Part shown: positions 48,035 through 56,512 of the stretch, in pieces | Layout of the letters: each line of letters begins with the position of its first letter | Position numbering within the stretch: the stretch's first letter is position 1 | Assembly (NCBI GenBank): GCA_045649205.1 | Contig: JAZRPJ010000187.1 | Location: forward strand, 12,163-76,162 | Length of the DNA stretch: 64,000 bases | Direction of reading: 5' to 3' | Source: Candidatus Flemingiibacterium sp. | Lineage (GTDB): Bacteria; Bacillota; Clostridia; Oscillospirales; CAG-272 | Notes under the pieces: model-generated | The model's input: only the letters and a program-made list of their open reading frames with translations | Told to the model about the DNA's origin: nothing | Databases searched by the model: none | Made by a program: the position numbers and the translations under genes

Positions 48035-48672
48035 CATATTTCGTTCTGTTCGATAATTTTGATGCTTACCGGGTCGATGCCTGCCTGCTCATAAACAATT
48101 TCTTTTATCTGCGACAGCTCATTTGGAAGAAGTCCGTCGGAACGGACTATAACACTGGCACTTCCCTCTCCGATGACCGCTACGCAGTCTTCAAATCCCT
48201 TTGATTTTACAAGAGTTTCGATATTGGCCTCCATCTGGATCTCGGATACTATCCGCCCTATATCTTCTGTTGCCTGTTCCTTTGACAGCGCATCGGCAGT
48301 GGTGCTTTCGACCACAGTCTGGAGTACAGCAATAGCCTGGTCACGCGCCTGCTTACGGTTAAGCTCCGCCGAAGCGAAATATGTATCGTCTACATAAGAC
48401 GCTCCCGCATTTTCGCCACCGTCACCGCTGCCGAGAAGCTCCCCTTCACCCACTACCGGCTGTGAGTTGCCGAAAAGCAGGAAGTTGAGAATTATCGCTC
48501 CTCCGATAAGCACGAGAGATGACAGCACTACTATATTCTTTGTGCCGATTTTCTTCATTCCCCCGAGGAGTTTGCCCATTCTCTCCGAGAATCGGCTTTT
48601 TTTCTTTTCCTCCGGCTCCGCAAGCTCCATCGTCGTATCCTGAGTTTGTTCATTTAAAATGTTTTCGTCCAT
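48034..48672 (-). CDS. spoIIIAH: stage III sporulation protein AH
   Basis: Last gene of the spoIIIA operon. One TM segment, then ...YFASAELNRKQARDQAI..L..... with a YscJ/FliF-like C-terminal fold pattern. Confidence 0.8.
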   Translation of the reverse strand: MDENILNEQTQDTTMELAEPEEKKKSRFSERMGKLLGGMKKIGTKNIVVLSSLVLIGGAIILNFLLFGNSQPVVGEGELLGSGDGGENAGASYVDDTYFASAELNRKQARDQAIAVLQTVVESTTADALSKEQATEDIGRIVSEIQMEANIETLVKSKGFEDCVAVIGEGSASVIVRSDGLLPNELSQIKEIVYEQAGIDPVSIKIIEQNEI

Positions 48673-48740
48673 GATTTACCTCCATTTATTGTTATCTGTT
48701 TAATAAATATGTTGTGACTTTCCGATTTATGCAAAAAATT

Positions 48741-49232
48741 TCACTTTCCCTCCGCAACACTCACCGAGCTTGACGGGATATCGAACAGTGCAGATAAAAG
48801 CTCCGTCAGCTTAAGCTGTATGTCCGGGTTTCCGCCGCCTCTGCAAACCACCGCCACACCTCTCACCCTCGGTGTCACCTCCGCTACTGGCAGAAGTCCA
48901 CCGGAATCGGACACATATTCGTACCTTGTACTTACATTGCTTGCATCCTTGTTAACCTGACTGTTTTGGGCATACTTGGTTTCGCCAACCGTATCAAGAG
49001 TTATCATGACCGATACAGACGATACTCCATACATCTCACCGCACAGCGCGGCTACCCTTTCTTCAAGCTCCAGCACGGTGCTGCCGTAATCATATCCCAC
49101 CGTCTTATTTTCACCCTCTGACAAGAATATAAGGCAAATAACTAAAGCAAGTACACCCAAAATTATAAGCAGCCCGTTCTTCCCTCGAAAATGTGAGAGC
49201 AGATGGGAAAGTCCGAAAGGCTCTTCATTCAT
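48741..49232 (-). CDS. spoIIIAG: stage III sporulation protein AG
   Basis: Operon position, an N-terminal TM segment, and ...VRGVAVVCRGGGNPDIQLKLTELLSALFDIPSS.V.V, typical of SpoIIIAG. Confidence 0.8.
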   Translation of the reverse strand: MNEEPFGLSHLLSHFRGKNGLLIILGVLALVICLIFLSEGENKTVGYDYGSTVLELEERVAALCGEMYGVSSVSVMITLDTVGETKYAQNSQVNKDASNVSTRYEYVSDSGGLLPVAEVTPRVRGVAVVCRGGGNPDIQLKLTELLSALFDIPSSSVSVAEGK

Positions 49233-49671
49233 AAATAATTACCTCCGTCAAAACTCCGAAATTATTGGCCGTATAATATACGATATCCTCGCCTATAAGT
49301 CCAAATCGGCTTTTCACTTTTATTATCAGTTTCTTCTCCTGCTCCGTCCCAGGGTTCTGCCATGTAACAAAAATGTCCGTTTCCGGTATAGAAAAACGCT
49401 CGCTGACCGCTGTTTTTATGTGTTTTGCCACAATTCCATCTGCCAAATAGGATGAATCCCCGGTGTCATAGCTGTAGGCAGCTATGTCCGATAAGCTGCC
49501 TACCCCACCGATTATCTCCTTTATAGGTGAAAGAAGTACAATCAGAATAAAAAGAGCGAATATATATTTTAAATACTTTTTAAGTCCCCCCTCCGGCATG
49601 ATTCCTTCGCAAATCATGGTTACCGCCGCCGCTGAAATAAGGGACAGAACAAAATCCTTAATCTGCATCAC
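49225..49671 (-). CDS. spoIIIAF: stage III sporulation protein AF
   Basis: Operon position, two N-terminal TM segments and a size of 148 aa. Confidence 0.75.
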   Translation of the reverse strand: MMQIKDFVLSLISAAAVTMICEGIMPEGGLKKYLKYIFALFILIVLLSPIKEIIGGVGSLSDIAAYSYDTGDSSYLADGIVAKHIKTAVSERFSIPETDIFVTWQNPGTEQEKKLIIKVKSRFGLIGEDIVYYTANNFGVLTEVIIYE

Positions 49672-49685
49672 TCCAAATCATCCCC

Positions 49686-50813
49686 TTATATATTTCCGCC
49701 TGCTATGGCAGTGGTACTCTTTGCAAACAGTGCAAGTGCATAAATAAACATCAGTCCGCATATCACACATATTGCCGCGAGGAAACCGAATAGCCCGCTC
49801 ATTTCGTCAAGCATACGTTTTTCTCTCCCAAGTCCGATAATATCCGCCGCCGTGGAAGAAATGACAACGCCGAAGCGAATCAGTAAAATCTCCGTAATGA
49901 CCGGCAAGATCATTACAGCAAGAATAATCACGCCGCCCCATCCGACACTTCCCTTTATAAGAGAAATACTCCCTGCCACTGCCGAAACTGCATCCGACGC
50001 AATTCCGCCTGCCACCGGGACTGTGCTTGACGCCGCAAATTTCACAGCTCTCACAGATAGGCTGTCCGCCTTTAAGGCAATGGAGTTTTGAAAGGTCATC
50101 ACCGCCGAAATTGCCGCCGCAATAAATCCCATTATCCATGTGAATAGATTTCGTATAAGTCTTGTTATACCGTCAAGGCGTATTCCGCTTCCCATTCCCG
50201 AGAATACACTCATACCAAAGCAAAGCTTAAGTATGGGAAAAAGTCCGGCAGCAGCGACTCCTTCGATAAAGGTCACGCCAATCATCATCGCGTTAGCTGA
50301 TACTGCGGATGCAGTGCTGTTTCCTCCTGCCGTACCTATGGCAAGCATGGTGGGAACCATAGCCGATATGACCGTTCCCAGCTGCGTAAGGAAGCTACCT
50401 ACCCGTGCGGTAAGCGATACGGCGGTTTTATAAACGGTGAGCAGTATGCAAAGCTCTGAAACCAGCTCAAATGCCGTAACTACCGTATCTGACTTCATCA
50501 ATCCCTTAAACGCCGAAAGTGCCGCTGAAAGAAGCACAAGCCCTAAAATTGATGTAAAATTTTTAAGTGCAGGCGTGATTGCTGACGATAAAGTATCCGT
50601 AAAAAAGCTCCAGAAATAATCAAATGAAAACCGCTCCGAAAAGCCCTCAGCGGAAAACAGCTCCCCACTCGGAAGCTTCTCCCTGACTTCGTCGGGAAGT
50701 GCATCTATAACCGTACCGGTATCGAATTCATCTATGCTGTATTCCTCAGCAGCACTCACACCCACAGTAAAAATCGTAAAAACGATGAAAACAATAAAAA
50801 ATTTCAGTTTCAT
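49686..50813 (-). CDS. spoIIIAE: stage III sporulation protein AE
   Basis: 375 aa, signal peptide plus polytopic C-terminal half, in operon position. Confidence 0.8.
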   Translation of the reverse strand: MKLKFFIVFIVFTIFTVGVSAAEEYSIDEFDTGTVIDALPDEVREKLPSGELFSAEGFSERFSFDYFWSFFTDTLSSAITPALKNFTSILGLVLLSAALSAFKGLMKSDTVVTAFELVSELCILLTVYKTAVSLTARVGSFLTQLGTVISAMVPTMLAIGTAGGNSTASAVSANAMMIGVTFIEGVAAAGLFPILKLCFGMSVFSGMGSGIRLDGITRLIRNLFTWIMGFIAAAISAVMTFQNSIALKADSLSVRAVKFAASSTVPVAGGIASDAVSAVAGSISLIKGSVGWGGVIILAVMILPVITEILLIRFGVVISSTAADIIGLGREKRMLDEMSGLFGFLAAICVICGLMFIYALALFAKSTTAIAGGNI

Positions 50814-51193
50814 GTATTCATAATATCCGCCGCCAAGGAAATAAGCTCCTCAATAAAAGGCAGGCACAAAATCATAACCTCCGCCTTCCCGGCAAGCTCC
50901 AATTTTGAGGCGATCCCACTCTCACCGCAGTCCCTGCAGACCTCCGACGTAAACTGCACTGTCATAGTAACACCCATGGCTTTCATTAGAGTCGTGAAGT
51001 ATCCGCTAAATCCCGTTTTCGATACAGCCTCGGAAACGAAGTCGAACGCCGGAGTAAATTCGCCGATAGCTGCCGATACGAGAATGACCGATGTGAATAT
51101 CCCTACAGAAGATGCAAGCTCCCCCTTGTGATTTTTTAACAGCGTAATGCAAATCACGGCGCATACAGCCACTCCGCAGTATTTAAGCATCAC
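50810..51193 (-). CDS. spoIIIAD: stage III sporulation protein AD
   Basis: 127 aa, 4-TM, in operon position. Confidence 0.8.
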   Translation of the reverse strand: MMLKYCGVAVCAVICITLLKNHKGELASSVGIFTSVILVSAAIGEFTPAFDFVSEAVSKTGFSGYFTTLMKAMGVTMTVQFTSEVCRDCGESGIASKLELAGKAEVMILCLPFIEELISLAADIMNT

Positions 51194-51396
51194 AGTCCAA
51201 ATGTGGCGCGTATGCCTGCAAAAAGAGCAGACAGCTTATCCATAAGCATCAGCATAATAATTATAATTCCCGAAAGGGACACGAGAACCGCCTGCTCATC
51301 ACGTCCGTATTTTGCAAGCAGCTGATAAGCAATGCTCACCGTAAGACCGATGCCGGCAACCTTTAATATCAGACTAACATCCATATGAATCTCCAT
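51190..51396 (-). CDS. spoIIIAC: stage III sporulation protein AC
   Basis: A 2-TM protein of about 64-68 aa with ...ILKVAGIGLTVSIAYQLL...GRDEQA.LV.L.G.... Confidence 0.8.
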   Translation of the reverse strand: MEIHMDVSLILKVAGIGLTVSIAYQLLAKYGRDEQAVLVSLSGIIIIMLMLMDKLSALFAGIRATFGL

Positions 51397-51408
51397 TCTG
51401 CAGATACA

Positions 51409-51903
51409 CTATATAAACAGCACCGCAAGCATTACTCCGATAACAAATCCCAGAGAGCGACAAAGCTTCGTCTTTGAAGGAAGATCAGCTCGTGCCCCGA
51501 CCGCCAGCTCACCGAATACTTGTCTGTAATAATTACAGTGCCTTATAGCGCTTTCCGTGTCGCACGTCCCAAGCTGCGAAAAAAAGCTCCCTAACTCATC
51601 AAGCTCCCGTTCCAACAGAAACAGCTTCCCCCGACAGTTATCGAGCGCATTTCTCCAGCCGCGGTTTTGTAAGTCATCAAGAAATCCCGATTTTTGCAGG
51701 GCCTTATTTCTGAACATGGCAAAAATCTTGTGGGTCGGTGTAAGATACCCTTCGATCTGCGCCCCGGTGAAACTGATTAGATCCCGAAATCCTTCAAGCT
51801 GTTCTGTCCGTTTGCGATAAACCGAGGAAATGAAAAATCCCCCGAATAGGCATGTCAAGAACAGAACAGCTATTAAAAAAGCTTCAAGCTTCCACCTCCT
51901 CAA
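51409..51903 (-). CDS. spoIIIAB: stage III sporulation protein AB
   Basis: Operon position, an N-terminal TM segment and a GspF-like soluble domain size. Confidence 0.75.
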   Translation of the reverse strand: MRRWKLEAFLIAVLFLTCLFGGFFISSVYRKRTEQLEGFRDLISFTGAQIEGYLTPTHKIFAMFRNKALQKSGFLDDLQNRGWRNALDNCRGKLFLLERELDELGSFFSQLGTCDTESAIRHCNYYRQVFGELAVGARADLPSKTKLCRSLGFVIGVMLAVLFI

Positions 51904-52792
51904 AAGCTGTATATTGAAATGAAAAGGAATTTGCCAATTTGCCGTTTACTCTCTTTCTCGATATTTTCATGTAACCGTCAAAAATTCTATTATCGTGAAG
52001 AAGCCTGATGCTTGGCCGGCAAATAAGCCCCTCAAGGCTGTCACCGTGAGCAGAGGCAATTATTGGAACACCAGTATTCTGGGCATCAAGTATTTTCCTC
52101 GCCTCGTCCATATCTCCAAGCTCATCGCAGATTATGACCTCCGGAGAGAGAGTTCTTGTTGCGATTTCCATTCCCATCCCACGCGGATATCCCGTCAAGA
52201 CATCGCAGATACCGCCCTCGAACATCTCTTTTATGTAAAGCTCCCCTCTTGTGTCAATAAGTGCCACCCGTCGCATATATTCACCCGACAGTCTTGCCGC
52301 CAAATCCCGTAAAAGCGTGGTTTTTCCTGCTCCCGGCGACGAATATATAAGAAGGGATTTGATTCCTGCAGTGGTGAAGCAAGCATCAATGACCTTATCG
52401 CTCACTCCGCGAACTATATGAGGGATTCGTATATTCAGCGAGGTTATATCCCGTATTCCCTTGCCGTCTGCACTGAAGGTTCCGCAAACCCCGATGCGCA
52501 CGCCGCCGTCGTATACGATATACCCGGATCTTATTGTATTCTCATGGCTGTAGCGTGAACCGTGGCAAAGCTTTACCACACATTCTCCCATTTCTTTGCT
52601 GTCAAGTGTGACTCCCATGGGTATATTTTCACCGCCGCAGGTCAAGCTCGAAGTGCCGCCGACTCTTAACCTTATTTCCGCCAAACTTGGAAATATGATT
52701 TTCCCCTCTTCCACAAGGTTAAAAATTCCACGGCATACAGAATCCGGTAAACAGTGAAAAAGCTCTTTCGGTATCTCGTCCACCTTTGTCAT
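51884..52792 (-). CDS. spoIIIAA: stage III sporulation protein AA (secretion-type ATPase)
   Basis: Walker A SSPGAGKTTLLRDL. ...EIRLRVG... at the N-terminus. First gene of the operon. Confidence 0.85.
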   Translation of the reverse strand: MTKVDEIPKELFHCLPDSVCRGIFNLVEEGKIIFPSLAEIRLRVGGTSSLTCGGENIPMGVTLDSKEMGECVVKLCHGSRYSHENTIRSGYIVYDGGVRIGVCGTFSADGKGIRDITSLNIRIPHIVRGVSDKVIDACFTTAGIKSLLIYSSPGAGKTTLLRDLAARLSGEYMRRVALIDTRGELYIKEMFEGGICDVLTGYPRGMGMEIATRTLSPEVIICDELGDMDEARKILDAQNTGVPIIASAHGDSLEGLICRPSIRLLHDNRIFDGYMKISRKRVNGKLANSFSFQYTAFEEVEA

Positions 52793-52846
52793 GCCAATTC
52801 CTCCGCTTCTCTAATTAATTATACGGACAAGCAAGCAGGAAAATTC

Positions 52847-52882
52847 CGGAAAAAGAAAAATCAGCGAAAATAATTCGCTGAT
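52847..52882 (-). terminator. terminator after the SCIFF-maturase-like ORF
   Basis: atcagcgaa / ttcgctgat. The minus strand continues TTTTTCTTTTTCC. Confidence 0.65.
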
Positions 52883-52906
52883 TTTATAATTATACTTAAC
52901 TTTATT

Positions 52907-53557
52907 TTACGCCTCTGAATCGGTTATCATGCGGCACTCAATTCTCTTCTTTTCAAGCTCACATATAACATTGTGCGGCTCACTCTCGGAGCAAAGCCTT
53001 TTTGCCCAGCAAAATTTGCACTTGTCATCGGTATGTTCCGCGGCTTCAAGCTTGGTAAAGACCTTGACGGGCGCCTCGCCATCCGTTCTGCCTCGACGAA
53101 GCTGTAATTTTGCAAGCTCAACAAGCGCCTTTTCGAGTTTCGGAAGGTCGTTTGCAGAAAAAGCACCCTCGCCGGAGTGAGCAGTTCTTATGCGAAGCGT
53201 GCAGTCTTTATTTCCCGCAGCCAACCTTTCTACAGTCTCCACAAGGTCAGGCCCGCCGGAGTTTATGACAGTATCACCAAGCATAATAACAGCACCGTCG
53301 TACTCGTGGTTTTCTTCCTCGTCCTCGGCAAACAGCTTGCCGTCGCGGTAAAGCTCGTATATGCGGCTGTATTCCTCGCGGATCTCCGCACTGTCATACT
53401 TCGCAAGGTCATAGCGAAGTGCTGACGAACACTCTGCCGGCATGGGAAGTGTAATATAATCGAGCATTTTGAAGGTAAGCTCTGACAATGGGAGCACATA
53501 TCCGCTTACACTGTCATATGCGATCCTATGCCCGCCGATTTTAAAAGTATGTACCAT
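52907..53557 (-). CDS. SCIFF radical-SAM maturase-derived protein lacking the radical-SAM core (remnant or neofunctionalised)
   Basis: The N-terminus MVHTFKIGGHRIAYDSVSGYVLPLSELTFKMLDYI and the C-terminus CKFCWAKRLC...CELEKKRIECRM resemble both ends of SCIFF maturases. There is no CxxxCxxC, and it is about half the normal length. RBS GAAAGGAA, 7 nt, then the ATG at 53557. Confidence 0.5.
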   Translation of the reverse strand: MVHTFKIGGHRIAYDSVSGYVLPLSELTFKMLDYITLPMPAECSSALRYDLAKYDSAEIREEYSRIYELYRDGKLFAEDEEENHEYDGAVIMLGDTVINSGGPDLVETVERLAAGNKDCTLRIRTAHSGEGAFSANDLPKLEKALVELAKLQLRRGRTDGEAPVKVFTKLEAAEHTDDKCKFCWAKRLCSESEPHNVICELEKKRIECRMITDSEA

Positions 53558-53605
53558 TTTAAAGTTCCTTTCCACAAGTGGGATATGCAATTTCAGATGC
53601 CGTGA

Positions 53606-54097
53606 TCATCCCCGGCGTCCCAGCTGTTTTCTCACCATCGCCGCAGGACTTTTCTTTATAGAAGTGAGCTTTGCCGGTCTGCGTCTGAAAACAAGTCCGC
53701 AGACAGCCGAAAGAGCCACGCATCCAAGATAAATGAGCAGTGAAACGATAGGTGAAATGCCCGGCTCACCGTCCACTCTAAATGGAATAGATGCCAGCCA
53801 GACAATGAGGGAATATCCTCCGCCCGATAAGGCAGAAGCAAGAATGGGATTCATCCCCGCTTTTGCAGAAGTAATTCCCGATGTCAGTGCGCCGATAAGA
53901 AGAGCCGCGTAGGCAAGTCCGGAAGTAAGCTTATCCGGGTCTTCGTTCATCAGCGCCACAAATGTAAAAACAAGCGCTGACAGAAAAGCCGCGATCACTC
54001 CGAAAAGAGTTCCTCGCAGAATACCGAAAAGAGTACCCTTTTCTCTGCTCTTTTCATCGCCGAGTTTTAAATTAAACAATAAAATCCCTCCAAGCAT
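53606..54097 (-). CDS. TIGR04086-like small integral membrane protein
   Basis: 163 aa, 4 TM segments, a Gly/Ala-rich profile and a basic C-terminus. I recall the position between yajC and the SCIFF locus as conserved in Clostridia. Confidence 0.45.
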   Translation of the reverse strand: MLGGILLFNLKLGDEKSREKGTLFGILRGTLFGVIAAFLSALVFTFVALMNEDPDKLTSGLAYAALLIGALTSGITSAKAGMNPILASALSGGGYSLIVWLASIPFRVDGEPGISPIVSLLIYLGCVALSAVCGLVFRRRPAKLTSIKKSPAAMVRKQLGRRG

Positions 54098-54141
54098 ATA
54101 AATTCATCGCTAAATCATATGCTTTGAAAAGAATTCTTATG

Positions 54142-54489
54142 TCAGCAGTCCTCTGCCTTTACGTCAACATTCTTGATAGCAGAACGTAAAATTCGAATCT
54201 TTGTACCGTCGCGACCGGTTTCGATCATAACTGTTTCTTCCTTGATGCTTACGATTTTACCGATAATTCCACCGATGGTAGTGATCTCATCGCCTACCTG
54301 AAGGGAATCACGCATAGCCGCAGTTGCCTTTTCCTGCTTCTTCTGGGGTCTGTACACAAAGAAATAGAAAATCGCAACCATCGCTACAAGCATAATGATC
54401 GTCATAGTCATGCTTCCACCCGGATTTACCGTACCATCAGTACCTGCTCCCGCAGCACCGTCAGCTGCACTTAAAAAGAAATTCCACAT
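54142..54489 (-). CDS. yajC: preprotein translocase subunit YajC
   Basis: ...MLVAMVAIFYFFVYRPQKKQEK.....DSL.VGDEI.T.GGI.GKIV.I.E... The ATG at 54489 follows GGAGA. Confidence 0.88.
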   Translation of the reverse strand: MWNFFLSAADGAAGAGTDGTVNPGGSMTMTIIMLVAMVAIFYFFVYRPQKKQEKATAAMRDSLQVGDEITTIGGIIGKIVSIKEETVMIETGRDGTKIRILRSAIKNVDVKAEDC

Positions 54490-54598
54490 AATAATCTCCA
54501 TTCTCCACCTCATTTTGTGGTCTACATAATTTTAGTCTAATATATTATACCCTATTAATTCAATAATTTCAAGAGGTATTTGTAAATTTACCGAAATT

Positions 54599-55387
54599 TT
54601 ACTGCATAAGCTCTTCTCTTGCAAAATTTATGTATTCCATACAGTATTCGTCCCTGCCCAGGATGGCTTCACCGGCGAAAAGGGACTTGCGTATTTCCTT
54701 TGAAGTAGGGTCAATAATCGCCGAATCAAGTCCGTTGTACAGCGCTACCGTCAGAAATGCACCGTTCAGCACGCCTCGCTTCGGAAGTCCGAAAGAAACG
54801 TTCGACAGTCCGCAGGTGGTCTTCGCCGAAGTGCTTTCCTTGATTTTTGCAATCACATCAAGGGCGGTCTTTCCGTTGGTGTCGCAGGTAGCGAGGGTTT
54901 CGCAAATAGCGTCCACGTATATATTTTCTTCTTTAACTCCTGCCGCGGTAAGTTTTGCGATGGCGGTCTTTGCGCACTCAAGCCGTCCGTCGGCGGTTTC
55001 AGGAATACCGTTTACATCCATCGGAAGGACAACTATACCACAGTCGTATTTTGCGGCAATGGGAGCAAGCTCGTCAATACGTTCGTCAGCAGTCACCGAG
55101 TTCAGTATTATATCAGCCCCCGAGAACTCCTCGATCACCCGACATAGCACCTCCGTCGCAGGAGAATCCAGCATAAGCCCACATTCGCTGTTAGCAAGAA
55201 CCAGACTTGCAACCTTTTTCATTATTTCCGCCTCTTTGTCCTCGAACATGGCAGTGTTGATGTCAAGATATTTTGCACCGGCCTCACTTTGCAGCTTAAT
55301 CAAATTTATGATCGCCTCATCGCCTTCCTGCATGGCGGCAAATGCGCTTGGAATCGAGCTGTTTAATTTTTCGCCTATAATAATCAT
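54599..55387 (-). CDS. methyltetrahydrofolate:corrinoid methyltransferase-like pterin-binding protein (MeTr/AcsE family)
   Basis: 262 aa, collinear by eye with Moorella MeTr: MIIIGEKLN vs MLIIGERIN, ...LDIN..., ...INS..., ...GLSNVSFG... vs GLSNVSQN. Confidence 0.75.
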   Translation of the reverse strand: MIIIGEKLNSSIPSAFAAMQEGDEAIINLIKLQSEAGAKYLDINTAMFEDKEAEIMKKVASLVLANSECGLMLDSPATEVLCRVIEEFSGADIILNSVTADERIDELAPIAAKYDCGIVVLPMDVNGIPETADGRLECAKTAIAKLTAAGVKEENIYVDAICETLATCDTNGKTALDVIAKIKESTSAKTTCGLSNVSFGLPKRGVLNGAFLTVALYNGLDSAIIDPTSKEIRKSLFAGEAILGRDEYCMEYINFAREELMQ

Positions 55388-55408
55388 TTTATGATCATTC
55401 CTTTCATA

Positions 55409-56335
55409 TCAGTTTTCGTTATCCTCTTGCAATTTCGGCATACCGATTTCAATTTTTCTATTCGAACGCTTGTTGATCGCAAAAATAAGCAGTACACTTA
55501 CCGGTACGGATACAACCACCAAAGCCAGTACCACATATCCGGCAATCTCCTCCGGTAATACGGCTGTAAGTATGCCAACCGCGTTGAAGCCCATGTGAAG
55601 AAGAATTGAAGCGAGTAGGCTTTCACATTTTTCGTAGATCCATGCAAGGAAAAATCCAAAGACACACGCATATGTCACCCATACAACTGACGTTCCGTGC
55701 ATTGCGCCGAATACGAATGACGAAAGGATCATCGCCCCAAGCATGGGCATACATCTTTTGAGCCTTGAATAAATGAGTCCGCGGAAAACGATTTCCTCAA
55801 AAAGCGGAGTAATGATCACCGTAAAAATTATCGCAGCAGGAGCCATAGCGTTTTCGAGTATGGGAGCGGAAGCGTTGGCGTAGTCCTCCATAAGCTTTTC
55901 CGGAATGGGAAGAACGGCGAAAATGCCCATGACAAGGAAATTAAGCGTAATTCCCAGAATAATGGCAATAGGATAATTAAGTCCGTTCATTTTTGAAATG
56001 CCGACTTCCTCGCAAAATTTCTTCCTGCGCAGTTTGAATATGAGAAAATAAACAAGCAGCGTAAAAATAGCGGCTACTATTGAGATGGGAAACAGATTAT
56101 CGTTAACAAAGGTAGTGGTTGCCTCTGTCACGGCAGTCAGGATCTCTTCAAAATAGTTAGGATCCAAAGCATCAACACCTGCAGTGGGATCAATGGACGA
56201 ATAGGTGTATACAAAGGAATAAACAGAACTAACCATATACGCAGCAACAGTTCCCACAAATCTCTGACAGATCAAATACACCATGAAATAAAAAATTGCA
56301 CCACCCACAGATTTAAGAATCCGCCGCACATTCAT
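55409..56335 (-). CDS. CPBP-family intramembrane glutamic endopeptidase
   Basis: EEIVFRGLIY, FGAMH and HMGFN in a polytopic protein. Confidence 0.8.
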   Translation of the reverse strand: MNVRRILKSVGGAIFYFMVYLICQRFVGTVAAYMVSSVYSFVYTYSSIDPTAGVDALDPNYFEEILTAVTEATTTFVNDNLFPISIVAAIFTLLVYFLIFKLRRKKFCEEVGISKMNGLNYPIAIILGITLNFLVMGIFAVLPIPEKLMEDYANASAPILENAMAPAAIIFTVIITPLFEEIVFRGLIYSRLKRCMPMLGAMILSSFVFGAMHGTSVVWVTYACVFGFFLAWIYEKCESLLASILLHMGFNAVGILTAVLPEEIAGYVVLALVVVSVPVSVLLIFAINKRSNRKIEIGMPKLQEDNEN

Positions 56336-56512
56336 CTTTTTCGTACCTCCAAATTATTCTATACAAATGATTATACAACATATAGACAAAAAAGTAAACA
56401 GTTAATTTGTGAATTATTAGAAATATAAAAATTTACAATAAAGCCATGTACATAAAGGCGAGTTCATGGTATAATTAATAGAGTCGAAGCATTCATGAAA
56501 GGATTTGTAAAA

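Noticed and set aside
52793-52846. Possible sigma-E-type promoter for spoIIIA (GAATTTT, 14 nt, CGTATAAT)
   Set aside because: The match to the sporulation sigma-E consensus, as I remember it, is only partial. It is too weak to list as a feature.
54630-55394. 254-aa plus-strand ORF
   Set aside because: It lies antisense to the MeTr/AcsE-like gene. It is Ser/Ala-rich low complexity and has no RBS.
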